A stretch of 42,128 nucleotides of DNA from Tubiluchus corallicola (Eukaryota > Animalia > Priapulida): the NCBI GenBank assembly GCA_030141605.1, contig JAQGDQ010001412.1:1-42128 (forward strand), in the 5' to 3' direction. Shown one piece after another: positions 1 to 12,807 of the stretch. The notes beneath the pieces were generated by a model. It ran no database searches. It was given only the letters and a program-made list of their open reading frames with translations, and was not told the DNA's origin. Positions within the stretch are counted from its first letter, which is position 1. Each line of letters opens with the position of its first letter. The position numbers were made by a program, and so were the translations under genes.

Positions 1-794
1 GGTAGTAATAATACAGATTACACGTATTATGTTATACCAGGTATCATACGTATACGCATTTTACATGGGTTCATGAAAAACTGCTCTCACTAAGCAATGA
101 TTACATTATAGTTCACAATTTTTCTAGGTTTCTATTCGTTTCATGCAAGGATTTCCATGCAGAATTACATGCAAATGCATTTGCTTACCTTACATAAATT
201 AAAAATCGATTTTCGATGAAAAAAGCTTTCAGTAACTGCAGTGTTTGCACTGTAACAATGTACAGTATCACTTGTGTGAAATCAGCTAATGCAGAAAATT
301 TCAACTATCCAGACACAACCCTCTGATACACTATGGCCTCAAGTCTACGGTACTTTTATGGAGAAATTCCTGTTAGAAGATGAAACGACCTTAATTTGTC
401 CTTGGCTGATCAGTTGGTTTTTCCTGGAATAGCAGCAGACGACTGCCCAGACTAGCAAGCAGGTAATCAATAAAATAGTGTGTACGATCATGCAAGTGCA
501 CACCAGACTAAGCTACACGATAAGCTAACTTGGACTGCCTAAAAGGACACGTGTGTTTCTTAATTTTATCCAGCTAAATCATTCGTAAATGTTTAAACAA
601 ATAGCGTGATTGGATCGCCCACATTTACCTGAATAAAACGGTATGTAATTTGTTATAGTTTAGTTATGCCTGTGCTCATACAGTAGCAAAAAAGTCATAG
701 GTCTTATAAGACCCATTTCGAAGGAGTAAAACAAACAAAAATGTGTAAAGTGACTATTTATTCACATTTCATTAGTAACCCTAGCACATCATAG

Positions 795-1394
<600 letters not shown>

Positions 1395-1418
1395 ATCATA
1401 GACAGATATACGACTTAC

Positions 1419-1529
1419 TGACTTGCTGTACAAGAACCCGTAATTTTTCTCAAACTCTGCAGATATGACGTCATCCTTTTCAAGACAACCAGCGGGCCTG
1501 TAGGGCTTAGTCACACGTTCAAATGATTT
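1419..1529 (-). CDS. DEG/ENaC gene 1 exon (entry to thumb domain)
   Basis: KSFERVTKPYRPAGCLEKDDVISAEFEKNYGFLYSKS fits the R...PY..C....YS pattern. Acceptor ttttgttttag, donor TCA|GTAAGT. Phase 0/0. Remaining exons presumably lie beyond the window start. Confidence 0.85.
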
Positions 1530-1970
1530 CTAAAACAAAATAAAGCCGTTCTTCTGTAAGTTTAAATTTAACTGACAAAGGCAACATGTTGTATGATCTA
1601 AATGTTGTAAGCAATTGTTGTAGACACTTTGTAAAATTTACTTCTCCAAATCTATGAAATAAAATATCAAAACATCAAAAATTAAACGGCTTTAAAACAT
1701 ATATGAAATCTCTTCTGTTCAAATCTTACTTCTGTTGTGTTTTGTTTCTCTCTGTTGTTTCTGCTATGTAACAGCCATTATGTAATAATTTTTGCATCAT
1801 TATAACATCATTATGTAAAGAAAGGATGCATTATGTAACAGAAAGATGACCACTTATTTTATCCATTCCCCGCAAGGTGACGCTTTTGTGCTGCTGTGAA
1901 TAATCATTATGTAAAAAATTTATGCATTATGTAACAAACCAATCTAGGTTTGGTTGTAGTCTGCCGTTAG

Positions 1971-2312
1971 TGTTGTATTTTGTTTCTCTCGGAAGGCTTG
2001 GAAAACCAGAAAACGCGTCGTCAAATTAAACTAGTTTATTATGCAAGAATTCTAAAACACAAAAGTATGAAGGAACGCAAAATGTTTACAGTAAATGTGA
2101 TAATCTGGAAACGTAAAAGTGAGAAAGCGTATCTGAGAATACGAGGATACAAGAGAATAAACTCCAGCGGCCAGCTCCGCCTTATATATCAGTGCAAAGG
2201 AACAATCTAGAAATAGAAAGTTCTAGAAACTTCTACAAGGTAAGAAGATTGTTCTACTAGACTATAGAACATTCTGCAATATTCTATTTAATTCTAGTGG
2301 ATCTCCACAACA
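1971..2312 (-). mobile_element. Solo LTR
   Basis: TGTTGT...ACAACA termini, near-TSD GTTAG/GTTAA. Minus-strand TATATAAG (~2181-2188) followed by AATAAA (2035-2040). Confidence 0.7.
2215..2234. promoter_or_regulatory. Four-unit heat-shock element within the LTR
   Basis: AGAAA GTTCT AGAAA CTTCT is a perfect alternating nGAAn array ~25 bp upstream of the minus-strand TATA box. Confidence 0.55.
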
Positions 2313-2789
2313 GTTAAGATATGACACGGATTGAAAAAATAGTATGAAGATATATAACGTATTTAGATGTGTCATAGCAGATCAGACCAAGTTGAAACCA
2401 CATCCACACCTAGCACAGGAAGAAACTGATCTTGACCAGCAGTTAGCCAACACCCGGGCCATTATAAGACCCAATCACAGACCACGATCAACACCACATT
2501 AGCCTGTCACATAATACATATTTTTTGTCACATGTCTGTTACATAATTATGCAAAAATTGGATGCGACCATTATAAGACCCAATCACAGACCACGATCAA
2601 CAACACATTAGCCTGTCACATAATACATATTTTTTTGTCACATCACTGTTACATAATTATGCAATAATTGTTACATAATGATTCTTTTTATGATTCACTC
2701 CATTAGTTGTACATACGTAGCCTTATGTTACCTAATGAGCATTGACACTAGCTAAGTATATTTCTACAAATATTAAATGCTAGAAATAC

Positions 2790-2953
2790 CACTGTCAACT
2801 GCACAGCAAAATCCCGTCCGGGTGCGACGGAAATCCCCTGGACGTCCGGAAGAGGGAGAGTTCCCGGAGTGTGCACGACAACTTTTAGTGAGGCCGCACG
2901 AGTGAGCCACTTGATGTATTCTTCTTCTTCTACGTTGACGACCAACTTCAGAC
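2790..2953 (-). CDS. DEG/ENaC gene 1 exon (GL.L.LN.E..EY ... V.VH ... G.SV.PG)
   Basis: (G)LKLVVNVEEEEYIKWLTRAASLKVVVHTPGTLPLPDVQGISVAPGRDFAVQLTV. Phase 1 in, phase 0 out, donor GTG|GTATTT. Confidence 0.92.
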
Positions 2954-4909
2954 CTTTTGAGCACGAAAAAACAACATGTTAATTATCAGTATAAAAATGA
3001 AAATTTATACATCTGAAATTAGACCGTAAAAAAACATTTGTTTATGAAAACAAGTGTAAAAATTGGTCCTTGAAATGCGATAACTAAAGCAGTTATGCTG
3101 AGTGCGAGCACACGTCTTTAGGTTGCACTGAAGTATATCGCTAAGCAGTGGCCGACCAGCTAAGTGGCACGTGGCATTTGTTAGTAATTTAGTTTGTACA
3201 AGAGAGAAAAGAGTTATTTAATAAATGTGAAAAAGGAAAAGTAAGGTAGGTCAGTAACAAAAGGGTAGCGCTAGAAACAGTTTGGAGAAAGAAGGTCATG
3301 GGAGTAGGTTTACATATTATAGTTTTAGTTTTTTGAGAGGTGATTATATTCTCGTTTTTGTAGGAGTGTAATTATAATCATAAAATAGTTTGTATTAATG
3401 GAGCGAAATTTTGTATAAGTGTAGTTATAATATTTTGCAAGGAATATGTTATGAAAGGAGTAAGGAAAACAAAAAGCAAATACAAATACAGGTTTCTGGA
3501 GTCGTCAGGAGGAACTTGAGAGTCGAGTTTCGGCTGCTTACGTAAGAGGTACAATTTTTTTCTCATGACCACAGTCTTTGCACTCACTCAAAAATCTCTT
3601 GGTTTGTCACCTTCTTGGCAGAGCGAGAAACGAGCAAATACTAGACTTGCGCATGCTTCCTTAATATCACTTGTTATGAAATTTATAAAATTCGATTTTA
3701 TGTTGGATTTCGTAAAAAAGTGTTAGCACAAATATACACTCGAATTTCGATAGTTTCATCAAATTTACTTTGCTACTTCGACAGATTTAAGTGATTTTTG
3801 TCAACATTTCACACTGTACTTCATACTTCATCTTCATTGTCATAAATCATTTATTTCACTTTACACTTTTACAATAGTTTCATGTACAATATCTAGTGAA
3901 AGGGCCTACAATGAACGTAATACAAATAAGAAATACTGCACAGGAAAAGCCTCAAACACTGTTCACTTATATACGAAGGTAAATGTGTTGCGGGCAATCA
4001 AAAAGCAGGGCTTGTTAAATTGTCCCACACAGTGATAGAGAAAAAAAGTAATGGAAATAATCTGAAAATTTAAAGTGAATCGTGTGATTAAAAAAACATT
4101 AGTGCTTAAAATGGAATGATGTAATGAATTGCAGATTAGGGGCCATCTATACAATTTGTAATTGTATCAAGTGTTCAGCCGATTTTGATGAACTACCTAC
4201 TGTGAGGTGTGTGTTGCTAATTTTGATAGTAAATGGCTTGCTTGGCTTGCACTGCTGTATGTGTTCTTTCATTTCATCATCTCCTCACCCCTGTCACGTA
4301 AAATGGTTTGTACTTACCTGTTGGAGTGCTTCGTTTGCTTATGCAGAAAAAGCAATACCTGTTCTGAACAGTTGAGTTGATACTGTTCACTGGTACAGAC
4401 GTTCGTTGTTGGTCTGACCAGTGGGCACGTTCCAGCATACCTGCAGTTAACGTATTTGTCTGGTAGTTGTTTTGTTTTTAAACCAAATAACCCCCGGCAC
4501 GTTACACCTACCTTGTGCAGCGGGTGGGATCTGTTGGCTTCAATTTAAATGCATTGAGTGGAAACCATAGAGCACAACGTCGTGGGTTTAGTTAAGCCTG
4601 TTTCTAATGTAGTTCAGTTGTTCTCATGCAACTAGGTGCAACAGACGTGTTTTATGTTTACATGTTGTTCAGGTGAAATCTGCTTATGTTAGTGACACAG
4701 CTTGGACAGAAGAAAATCATTTTAATCACTCCAAATTTTAAATTTATGTTGTATTGTCATCATACTTTTTTGAGTTTTGCATAGTGCTGCCACCTTCAGG
4801 TGTTCTTGTTAAAATTGTTAAATCTTTCTCTTTACTGTTTAAATTTTCATTGGCTTCTACAGTGTTTATGAATGCATAATCTCTAAACCCGTTTTCACAC
4901 TTAAATGAT

Positions 4910-6283
4910 TTCACCTGTAGTTCTGGTCACTTGGTTTTCTGCTTTTCAACATGACACTACTTCACTGTTTATGTAGACACTTCAGAATAAAATCTTAAAA
5001 CTAAATTTCAAGTTTTTTTGGTTTCTTTAAACCACAGCTGATTCTTATACTTGAAAATAGTTATAGCCATTGCTTGTTGATTGTTTAGTCATTCCAAATC
5101 TCAGCGGATCCAATGACGTATGTACTGTTTCTGCACTTATCTACACGTGTGCTTTACGTTTACATGTTGGACTGCTGTCCGCTTTTAACGGAGGCAGGAT
5201 GGATGGCACCGCGGCCCACACCGTGCGGCATGTCCCAATTAAGTCCTTCAACACCAAACCAAAACAGAACCCGAATAATAGAGTCAAAATGGCAATTTAT
5301 TACTAAATATGACACCCCCAATAAGGAACAAACAGCTTACCTAGAAGAACGGAGTTTGTGGCAAGCCTGTGAAATGTGAACAGAGCTGCAATGAAAGACA
5401 CGACCACTGACAAGGGTCTACACTACAGCAGACCTTCCCTTTTTATAAGCTCAGGTGTGCACGTGACTAGTGGCTTTTGCTAACACAAGGTCAGAATACG
5501 AGTCTGCGCTAGATAAAGCCACGTTCACACGCACACCTGAGAAGTCTACTGTATTCCCCTGCCAGCATTACATCTCATTTCACCACAGCCCCGTAGTACA
5601 ATGTTGTTGAGGTCAAATCTGCTTATATTAGTGACACAGCTGATTCTTATACTTGAAAATAGTTATAGCCTTGCTGATTGTTTAGTCATTTCAAATCTCA
5701 GCGGATCCAATGACGTATGTACTGTTTCTGCACTTATCTACACGTGTGTTTTACATTTACATGTTGTTGAGGTCAAATCTCCTTATATTAGTGACACAGC
5801 TGATTCTTCTACTTGAAAATAATTATAGCCATTGCTTGTTGATTGTTTAGTCATTCCAAATATCAGAGGATCCAATGACGTATGTACTGTTTCTGCACTT
5901 ATCAATACTGTAATGGGCTCAATTATAATTATCTCTTGCAGTTGCAAATGTTCTTTGGTAATTTTTGTAGTAATCAGGTATCATCATTATGCCATAATAT
6001 AACAGGCAAATTTGTAGTTGTGAACTAGGCTTAATGTCTCAACTGCTCATAACTGAAGGTGTGAAAAAACTGTAATTTTTCATACAGAATAAACAACTAG
6101 TTACGGAAACCCATTTATCTCTACTGAGCGTAATCATTACACATTGAGCTATAATGGCTGGTTTGAAGAAACCAAAAAAACTTGAAATTTAGTTTTAAGA
6201 TTTTATTCTGAAGCGTCTACATAAATAGCGAAGTAGTGTCGTGTTGAAAAGCAGAAAACCAAGTGACCGAAACTACAGGTGAA
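4910..6283. mobile_element. Element bounded by ~125-bp inverted repeats, containing ~160-bp internal tandem units
   Basis: 4910-5034 is the reverse complement of 6159-6283. Internal unit cacagctgattcttatacttgaaaat... recurs at ~5033, 5635 and 5795. Confidence 0.65.
5168..5600 (-). mobile_element. Solo LTR (Gypsy-like, 4-bp TSD)
   Basis: TG...CA termini (TGGACTGC/GTAGTACA), TSD ATGT. The empty site is visible in the neighbouring 160-bp unit. Minus-strand TATAAAAA (~5440-5447) and AATAAA (~5296-5301). Confidence 0.7.
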
Positions 6284-7038
6284 TGTTTGTGCTGCTTGCA
6301 AACCAAAATCGTCAATTAGTCCGGCATAGTTAAAACTACGTTATGAAGCTTAAAAGTAGAAGGCACCAAAATTTGGGTCAAATGTTAATTTTTTTGTTTT
6401 TCATAAAAACAAACGCTAAATATATTAGATTCGATATTCTCGCATAAAATTATCGGGAAAATGTTCAAGAAATACTAAAAATTAAATCTTATGCCCACTT
6501 TTCTGGCTAGAAACTAGTACTGCAATTGTGAAAAACTTGTATTTTCAAACTCCAATAGAAGCACATGGAAGTTGTTATTTTCCTTCTGGTTTTTCTGTTG
6601 CCAAGCCCAGATCTTCGTCAGGAAGAGCCATCTACTGGATATAAACATAACTTCAATGTGTTCTTGTAAAGTCCATTGCAACCACACTTGTGTGGTTGCT
6701 AAGTGTTTTTTAGAGATGTAACAAAAAACAATGGCTGAATTTAACAGTGATTTTCTCAAGGTTATGTTTTTCAGTGTGAAGCCTGCATCTCAACTTCAAC
6801 GTGAATTATCTCAGCTTAGAAACAACATAGAATGATGAACTTGGTATCAAAATAATCCTCATGAAATGGAGATTCAGGATATGTGAATAACTAGAAAAGC
6901 TTAATATTGAATGCTATGGACGATGTTGCTATGCAAGCACATATATTTGACATTGTTACATGTGGATGGGCAGTTTGTCAACTTGCAAGAAAACTTTGCA
7001 GGACTTTCAGTAGATGTACAATTTAAAGAACAGCTTAC

Positions 7039-7139
7039 CAGATGAATCACCGGGAAACTTAATTTCTTTTTTCAAGCTGGCATTGTAGTTGAAGATAAAA
7101 CAATTTCCGTATTTGTCGTCCAAAAAATGCACAAAATCC
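7039..7139 (-). CDS. DEG/ENaC gene 1 exon (YGNCF.FN motif)
   Basis: (M)DFVHFLDDKYGNCFIFNYNASLKKEIKFPGDSS(G). Acceptor ttttgcag, donor G|GTAAGC. Phase 2 in, phase 1 out. Confidence 0.92.
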
Positions 7140-7933
7140 CTGCAAAAATGAACAAGAATATTGCTGTTATTTTGGAAAACTTCGCCTTGTGCTTCTATGT
7201 AGCAGGTCTTTCAAAACATCGTAATTTTTGCACTGATGCTGTGATAAGGAAATGAAAAACAAATTGCACTAAAGCACCAGGGGTGAGAATGACAAATTGC
7301 AAAAAACTCTGAAACGGGTCGAGGGTTCTGGGGCCGCCTACGCCCCTAATGGGGTTGAGGGGCAAAGTCCCCATGCGGGTTCAATGGGGCGAAGCAACAA
7401 ATTGCAATTTTGTGACCATAGAGAGCCTGGACTTAAAATATCAATTACGTTGTTTCATGCATAATTTAAAATACCCAACTATCAAGGATACATGATACCT
7501 AATTGTCTCAAAAATGCCTAAGTAATGGCCGCTCCTATGTAAAAGTATATAAAAACTGTCTACAATTGACTCAAATAACTCCGCACAATTGATTCTATAT
7601 TTTTATACATAGAGATATACACGTGGTTACACTGATGTACGTGATGTAAACAAAGTGACGGCCCTGCCAACTAGCGGTCAGCTTGTGAAATAATACACTG
7701 GGTCCGTAAAAATTTTCTCAACGAATTTACGCGATTTACAAAAATGGCACTACTGGTCTTCCAAAAACTCGGAATTCAGCGTATCTGCGGAAAATTCTCA
7801 TCCCTGAAGCACGTGCTACGACAAAGCAGAAAGATTAAACCCAGGAGACGAAAGGGAAACTTTAAAGCACATCCAATAATCCCAAACAATGTTAACAAAA
7901 AGGGACATGAGAAACAATAGTTTATTCACTTAC

Positions 7934-8085
7934 ATTGTCATGTCACAGGGAATTCCACCGAATGTGCAAGACTTGACCATGGTGCCCAACTGATGACCGA
8001 TCTCCTTCTTTACCTCGTCATCAAGAGTTACCATTCTCATGATGAAACCTTCTCTGGCTTCGTGGTAAGGGGAGACCACTCCGCC
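7934..8085 (-). CDS. DEG/ENaC gene 1 exon (GHQ..M..SC.F motif)
   Basis: GGVVSPYHEAREGFIMRMVTLDDEVKKEIGHQLGTMVKSCTFGGIPCDMT. Acceptor cctaatgtttgtag is part of the last unit of the 58-bp array. Donor AT|GTAAGT. Phase 0 in, phase 2 out. Confidence 0.88.
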
Positions 8086-9172
8086 CTACAAACATTAGGT
8101 AAAACAATCATATGGCTTCTTGGTAAGGGGAGACCACTCCGCCCTACAAACATTATGTAAAACAATCATGTGGTTTCTTGGTAAGGGGAGACCACTCCAC
8201 CCTACAAACATTACGTAAAACAATCATATGGCTTCATGGTAAGGGGAGACCACTCCGCCCTACAAACATTACGTAAAACAATCATATGGCTTCTTGGTAA
8301 GGGGAGACCACTCCGCCCTACAAACCTTAATAAAACAATCATCTGGCTTCGTGGTAAGGGGAGACCACTCCGCCCTACAAACATTAGGTAAAACAATCAT
8401 CTGGCTTCGTGGTAAGGGGAGACCACTCCGCCCTACAAACATTACGTAAAACAATCATATGGCTTCTTGGTAAGGGGAGACCACTCCGCCCTACAAACCT
8501 TAATAAAACAATCATATGGCTTCTTGGTAAGGGGAGACCACTCCACCCTACAAACATTAGGTAAAACAATCATCTGGCTTCGTGGTAAGGGGAGACCACT
8601 CCGCCCTACAAACATTACGTAAAACAATCATATGGCTTCTTGGTAAGGGGAGACCACTCGCCCTACAAACATTAGTAAAACAATAATATGGCTTCTTGGT
8701 AAGGGGAGACCACTCCACCCTACAAACATTACGTAAAACAATCATGTGGCTTCTTGGTAAGGGGAGACCACTCCACCCTACAAACATTATGTAAAACAAT
8801 AATCTGGCTTTGTGGTAAGGGGAGACCACTCCGCCCTACAAACATTATGTAAAACAATCATATGGCTTCTTGGTAAGGGGAGACCACTCTGCCCTACAAA
8901 CATTATGTAAAACAATAATCTGGCTTCGTGGTAAGGGGAGACCACTCCGCCCTACAAACATTATGTAAAACAATCATATGGCTTCTTGGTAAGGGGAGAC
9001 CACTCTGCCCTACAAACATTATGTAAAACAATCATGTGGTTTCTTGGTAAGGGGAGACCACTCCACCCTACAAACATTACGTAAAACAATCATGTGGCTT
9101 CTTGGTAAGGGCAGACCACTCCGCCCTACAAACATTACATAAAACAATCATATGGCTTCTTGGTAAGGGGAG
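8053..9172 (-). repeat. 58-bp minisatellite (~19 units) made of the 3' splice site and exon start of the channel gene
   Basis: Unit (minus): gattgttttac(c/g/a)taatgtttgtag|GGCGGAGTGGTCTCCCCTTACCA(A/C)GAAGCCA(T/G)AT. Confidence 0.95.
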
Positions 9173-9622
9173 TCTATGCCATTGCATGCCATTAAAAAAA
9201 ATTATAAACTAAATGAGTTACTGTGAGGAGGAGGAAGGAGCATTGAGCTTTCGAGTCCCCCTCCAGATAAATGGAACAATTAACAATTAGCATTGCATAG
9301 TATTTTCATCAGTTATAATTTACATTAGAACAAAATAAGTTTTGTTAGTAACTTAAGATCAAGATGAGTAAAATTGTGAGTTAATTATACTGTTGTAATA
9401 AGTAATTTTTTGATGCTTTTTTAAATTGATAAATCATTTCACGCGGTCATTGATAACCATATTTTAATAGCATCATATTTTGATGACTGTTTCATTATAT
9501 TTGTTTTTGGAAGGGGGAGTACATAGTTTTTGACTGAATATCTTGTGTAATGATTATGTTGATTTTCAGGCAGAAACTATGTACTCCCTCTTCCATGCTA
9601 TAAACAAAGTTTTTCATTTTAC

Positions 9623-9827
9623 CTGAAAGTGTGTGACAGCATGCTGGTAAGCAGCCGACTCCAACTTTGCCGTCAACTCCTCCAACAATCTAGTCGTGGT
9701 GTTTGTAAGCTGATCACCGGCGATTTGAAGACCACTTTCCCGAACTGGATTGACATTGCAGAGCGTGACACTCGGATACACCAAGGTCTCGTCCTGAGCC
9801 GTGCTTTCCTCCCTGTATAGGTACTGC
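9623..9827 (-). CDS. DEG/ENaC gene 1 exon (post-TM1, FPxxTxCN motif)
   Basis: (R)QYLYREESTAQDETLVYPSVTLCNVNPVRESG...HAVTHFQ. Acceptor ttttcag, donor CAG|GTAAAA. Phase 2 in, phase 0 out. Confidence 0.92.
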
Positions 9828-9942
9828 CTGAAAAGCAATATAATGCGCATCCCAGAATCATTTTTATCAATAATGATATTGTTACCTATGGCCATCTCAT
9901 CACACTGTCCTAAACTGTAGTCGTTACTCAATTCCGTATTAT

Positions 9943-10241
9943 CAGGGGCGTCATGCACCAAAAAAATTAGGGGGGCCCCGACTGTATGTAATGGCGGAAC
10001 TTAACATATAATTTTGAATTCCCACACCAGTATTTTGCGTGCAAGAAAAACGATTTATTTATTTCCAACTGGCATTTAACTTAAATCTATAACTTATTCA
10101 CTACTACAGTGGAAGATTTCACCGTTCCTCAAAATTTTACACCTTATTGGTTTCATTACAAGCCGCCAAACCCCTTAAAATGTTTAACATTTTATAAACA
10201 ATTGGGGAGGGGGGGCAGGCCCCCATAGGACGACGCCACTG
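9943..10241. mobile_element. hAT-like MITE
   Basis: TIR CAGGGGCGTC/GACGCCACTG, G/C-run subterminal motifs, 7-bp TSD GTATTAT. Confidence 0.75.
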
Positions 10242-10543
10242 GTATTATAATGTATGACACAACTATATGTTGTTTCAACCTCGCTATTTGTCAAGACCGT
10301 GTTAATGAAAGAGCATGTCAAACCTCTCTAGACAGACCATTCAACAACCACGCTGAATAGCAAACACCAACAAGCTCTTCTAATTAGTCATAAACACTAA
10401 TAGTATTATTTTCCAGAACAACAGACAAAAACAAGCAGACGTACACACCGAACTCCGTCTCCCACTCTCTTTGCAAGAACGGAAATCTTTTTCCTACTTA
10501 CAAGAGCATATCTGTGGACAATGCCCGCGCTACACTATATTAT

Positions 10544-12800
10544 CAAAGTATACACAATAAAGTAGGGAAAGTCCTTCTGCGCAGTAGTTCGCGCAGTTAG
10601 TGTCGCCCTAGCGGCTATTCAGTGCGGCCTGTTGTTGTCAGGTACGCAACAGCGCAGGCTGTGGGTACTGTAGCAGATGAATTGATGAGACCATCAAAAC
10701 CAGCCCGGTTAACAGGCGCTCATAAATTGCTCAGCAGTGAGTTGCAAAAACACAAAAAGATATCTTTTTAAATTTCGCAAGGATGCAGCCAGGTAATTAT
10801 AATAAAATGTTAATTATAACACAGTTTTGAAACTTTGGTTACTAGTTAAATATTTTGTACACTAAGCAAAGACTGCAAGGCCTACATCTCTCTTTGTCGA
10901 TTTATAGCAGCTGTTATCTTTTTGAATATTATTTAAAGTAAGCATAAGGCGTTAAGAATAATTTGTAGTTAAAATAAAAATTATTATAATCATATCTCAT
11001 AAAAATTAATAGGCTTATTTACAAAAGAAGTTAAGAAAGTTGATCAAAAAGAAAGTTGCAAATACCTGGCTCATGTAGTATTCGATTTCTGGAGAAATAT
11101 TTTTTCTAAAAACATTCCTATTTAATATGTTCTTATCAGGAAATATAACTTGAAGAAATATTAGGCCTGACTTTCATGTGTAATACCTTTCATAGAAAAA
11201 AAATCGATTTTTTCAGAAGAGCAAATAATTTTCCAGAACATAACTTAATCTAAGCATCTGCATGTTTTGTTAATTCCAAGTTAAAAAATGTTTAAAAAGC
11301 ATATAATCATACATTGGCCTTTGTTATGAGTTGGAGTTAGTTATAAAATTACGTTGAACAAGCAGAGATGTATTTACGACATTACTCCTCTTTTTTATTA
11401 TCAGTGAACAAAAAATAACTGAAGGAAACATCAGAGCTGTCATCCTAAGCAGCCGACATAACTTCCAACTCTATAACAACCAACTAACTATGTCAAAACC
11501 TAGTTAAAGAATTCAGGCGAGAAGCATAAATTAGAATCTGCACGCGTGTCATAATACCTTATAATATCATGTGCAGACATTACTTATATTTGGCCTAATT
11601 TTTTAAGATTCAGTTAGGCTTACATCAAAATAAATGTTCATTAAATACAGTTTGCTTACGTGTAAAAAATGTACTTGTATAATGTTCTTTTGTTTTGTTT
11701 ATTAATTAGACTCTTTAGTATTATTTTAATGCATGTACTTTGCAGCTTGATTCAGTTCCCTATTTGAAAGTTTGTTTAAATTTCTGTTTGGCTAGCTTGC
11801 TTTTCATTTTATTTAGTTTGTTTTTTATTATTTTTATTTAGTATTATTGTTATTATTTTGCATGTTTTTCTCATATTGAGTTATGCATGGACAATATGAC
11901 AGCTTGAATTTGGTCATTTTTTGCACTAATGTTTTTCTTTTGCTAATAGGTACCATTACGACCTTTGTTACTTTATTAGTAAGGTATAAATCAATTTAAA
12001 TGAAAATATTCATTCATCGCCGCCTATATCAAAATCGTAATTACATATTAAGTTTTCCTCATGTTTCCTTGCTATTATTACATCATTTACTTTATTACAT
12101 CAATTTCATTGAGTCATCTACAAAAGCACGCATATCTTTAATAATTTTTTCATTTTCATTTAAGTAAGGTGAGTGTGTTAATGACCGTATGGTCGTACAC
12201 TCACCTCACACTACTCAAATTATTTTATTTATTGTTTATTTATGTGTACAATATTGTATTTTGATGTGTGAAATAAAATTCATAGTTCATAGTTCCGTCT
12301 TTCTTTTAACTCTCTCTCTCTAACCCTCTTTCTCTCTAAGAGAGGGGGGAGAGAAAAATCAATAAATCAATGAAAAATGCATTACTTCTTTACATAGCAG
12401 GCAGCCCATCACGCAGTCAGCTAGCCTCTTTCCTCAGGAAAAACAATAAAATTTTACTTACAAGAAAACTGAACAGGCATTTGCAAGTACATATTACAAT
12501 TACAAACTTATTGCTACAATTTTTTTCCTTTTCATGAAATGTTTTCAGTTTTTTTAAACTAATAATTGCTTTTAATTGAGATATACTTCTTTTATTAAAA
12601 ACGCAAAAGTGATTTTGGCTTATCAAAATTGCACGTATGCCAACACTACTGGTGAACTTAATAATATTATTATTACAGTCAATGCGGCGCTCCAAATTTT
12701 TCACTGAATGGCCGTTTGATGCCGCCAGCATAGCCGCTAATCGCAAAAAGGAAATACGTAACATTAGGCGACTTTCGTCACTTCCTCTTTATACACTTTG
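10544..12800 (+). mobile_element. Non-autonomous P-superfamily-like DNA transposon, copy 1
   Basis: Termini CAAAGT...ACTTTG, flanked by ATATTAT on both sides. Decayed THAP-type exon at ~10716-10792. Confidence 0.7.
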
Positions 12801-12807
12801 ATATTAT

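Larger units (their letters stand above)
1755..2745. repeat. Foldback-like element with inverted ATTATGTAA subterminal motifs, interrupted by the LTR
   Basis: Repeated cattatgtaa at 1757-1935 and its reverse complement ttacataat at 2539-2680. Includes a ~110-bp tandem duplication (2459-2680). Ends not resolved. Confidence 0.45.

Noticed and set aside
4318-4440. Exon-like segment (cag...gtaagt) on the minus strand inside gene 1
   Set aside because: No DEG/ENaC motif in any frame, and exons 7039 and 2953 already join in phase with continuous motifs. It cannot be excluded as a cryptic exon.
8053-9172. CRISPR-like regular repeat
   Set aside because: No unique spacers, eukaryotic context and no cas genes. 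It is a tandem minisatellite.
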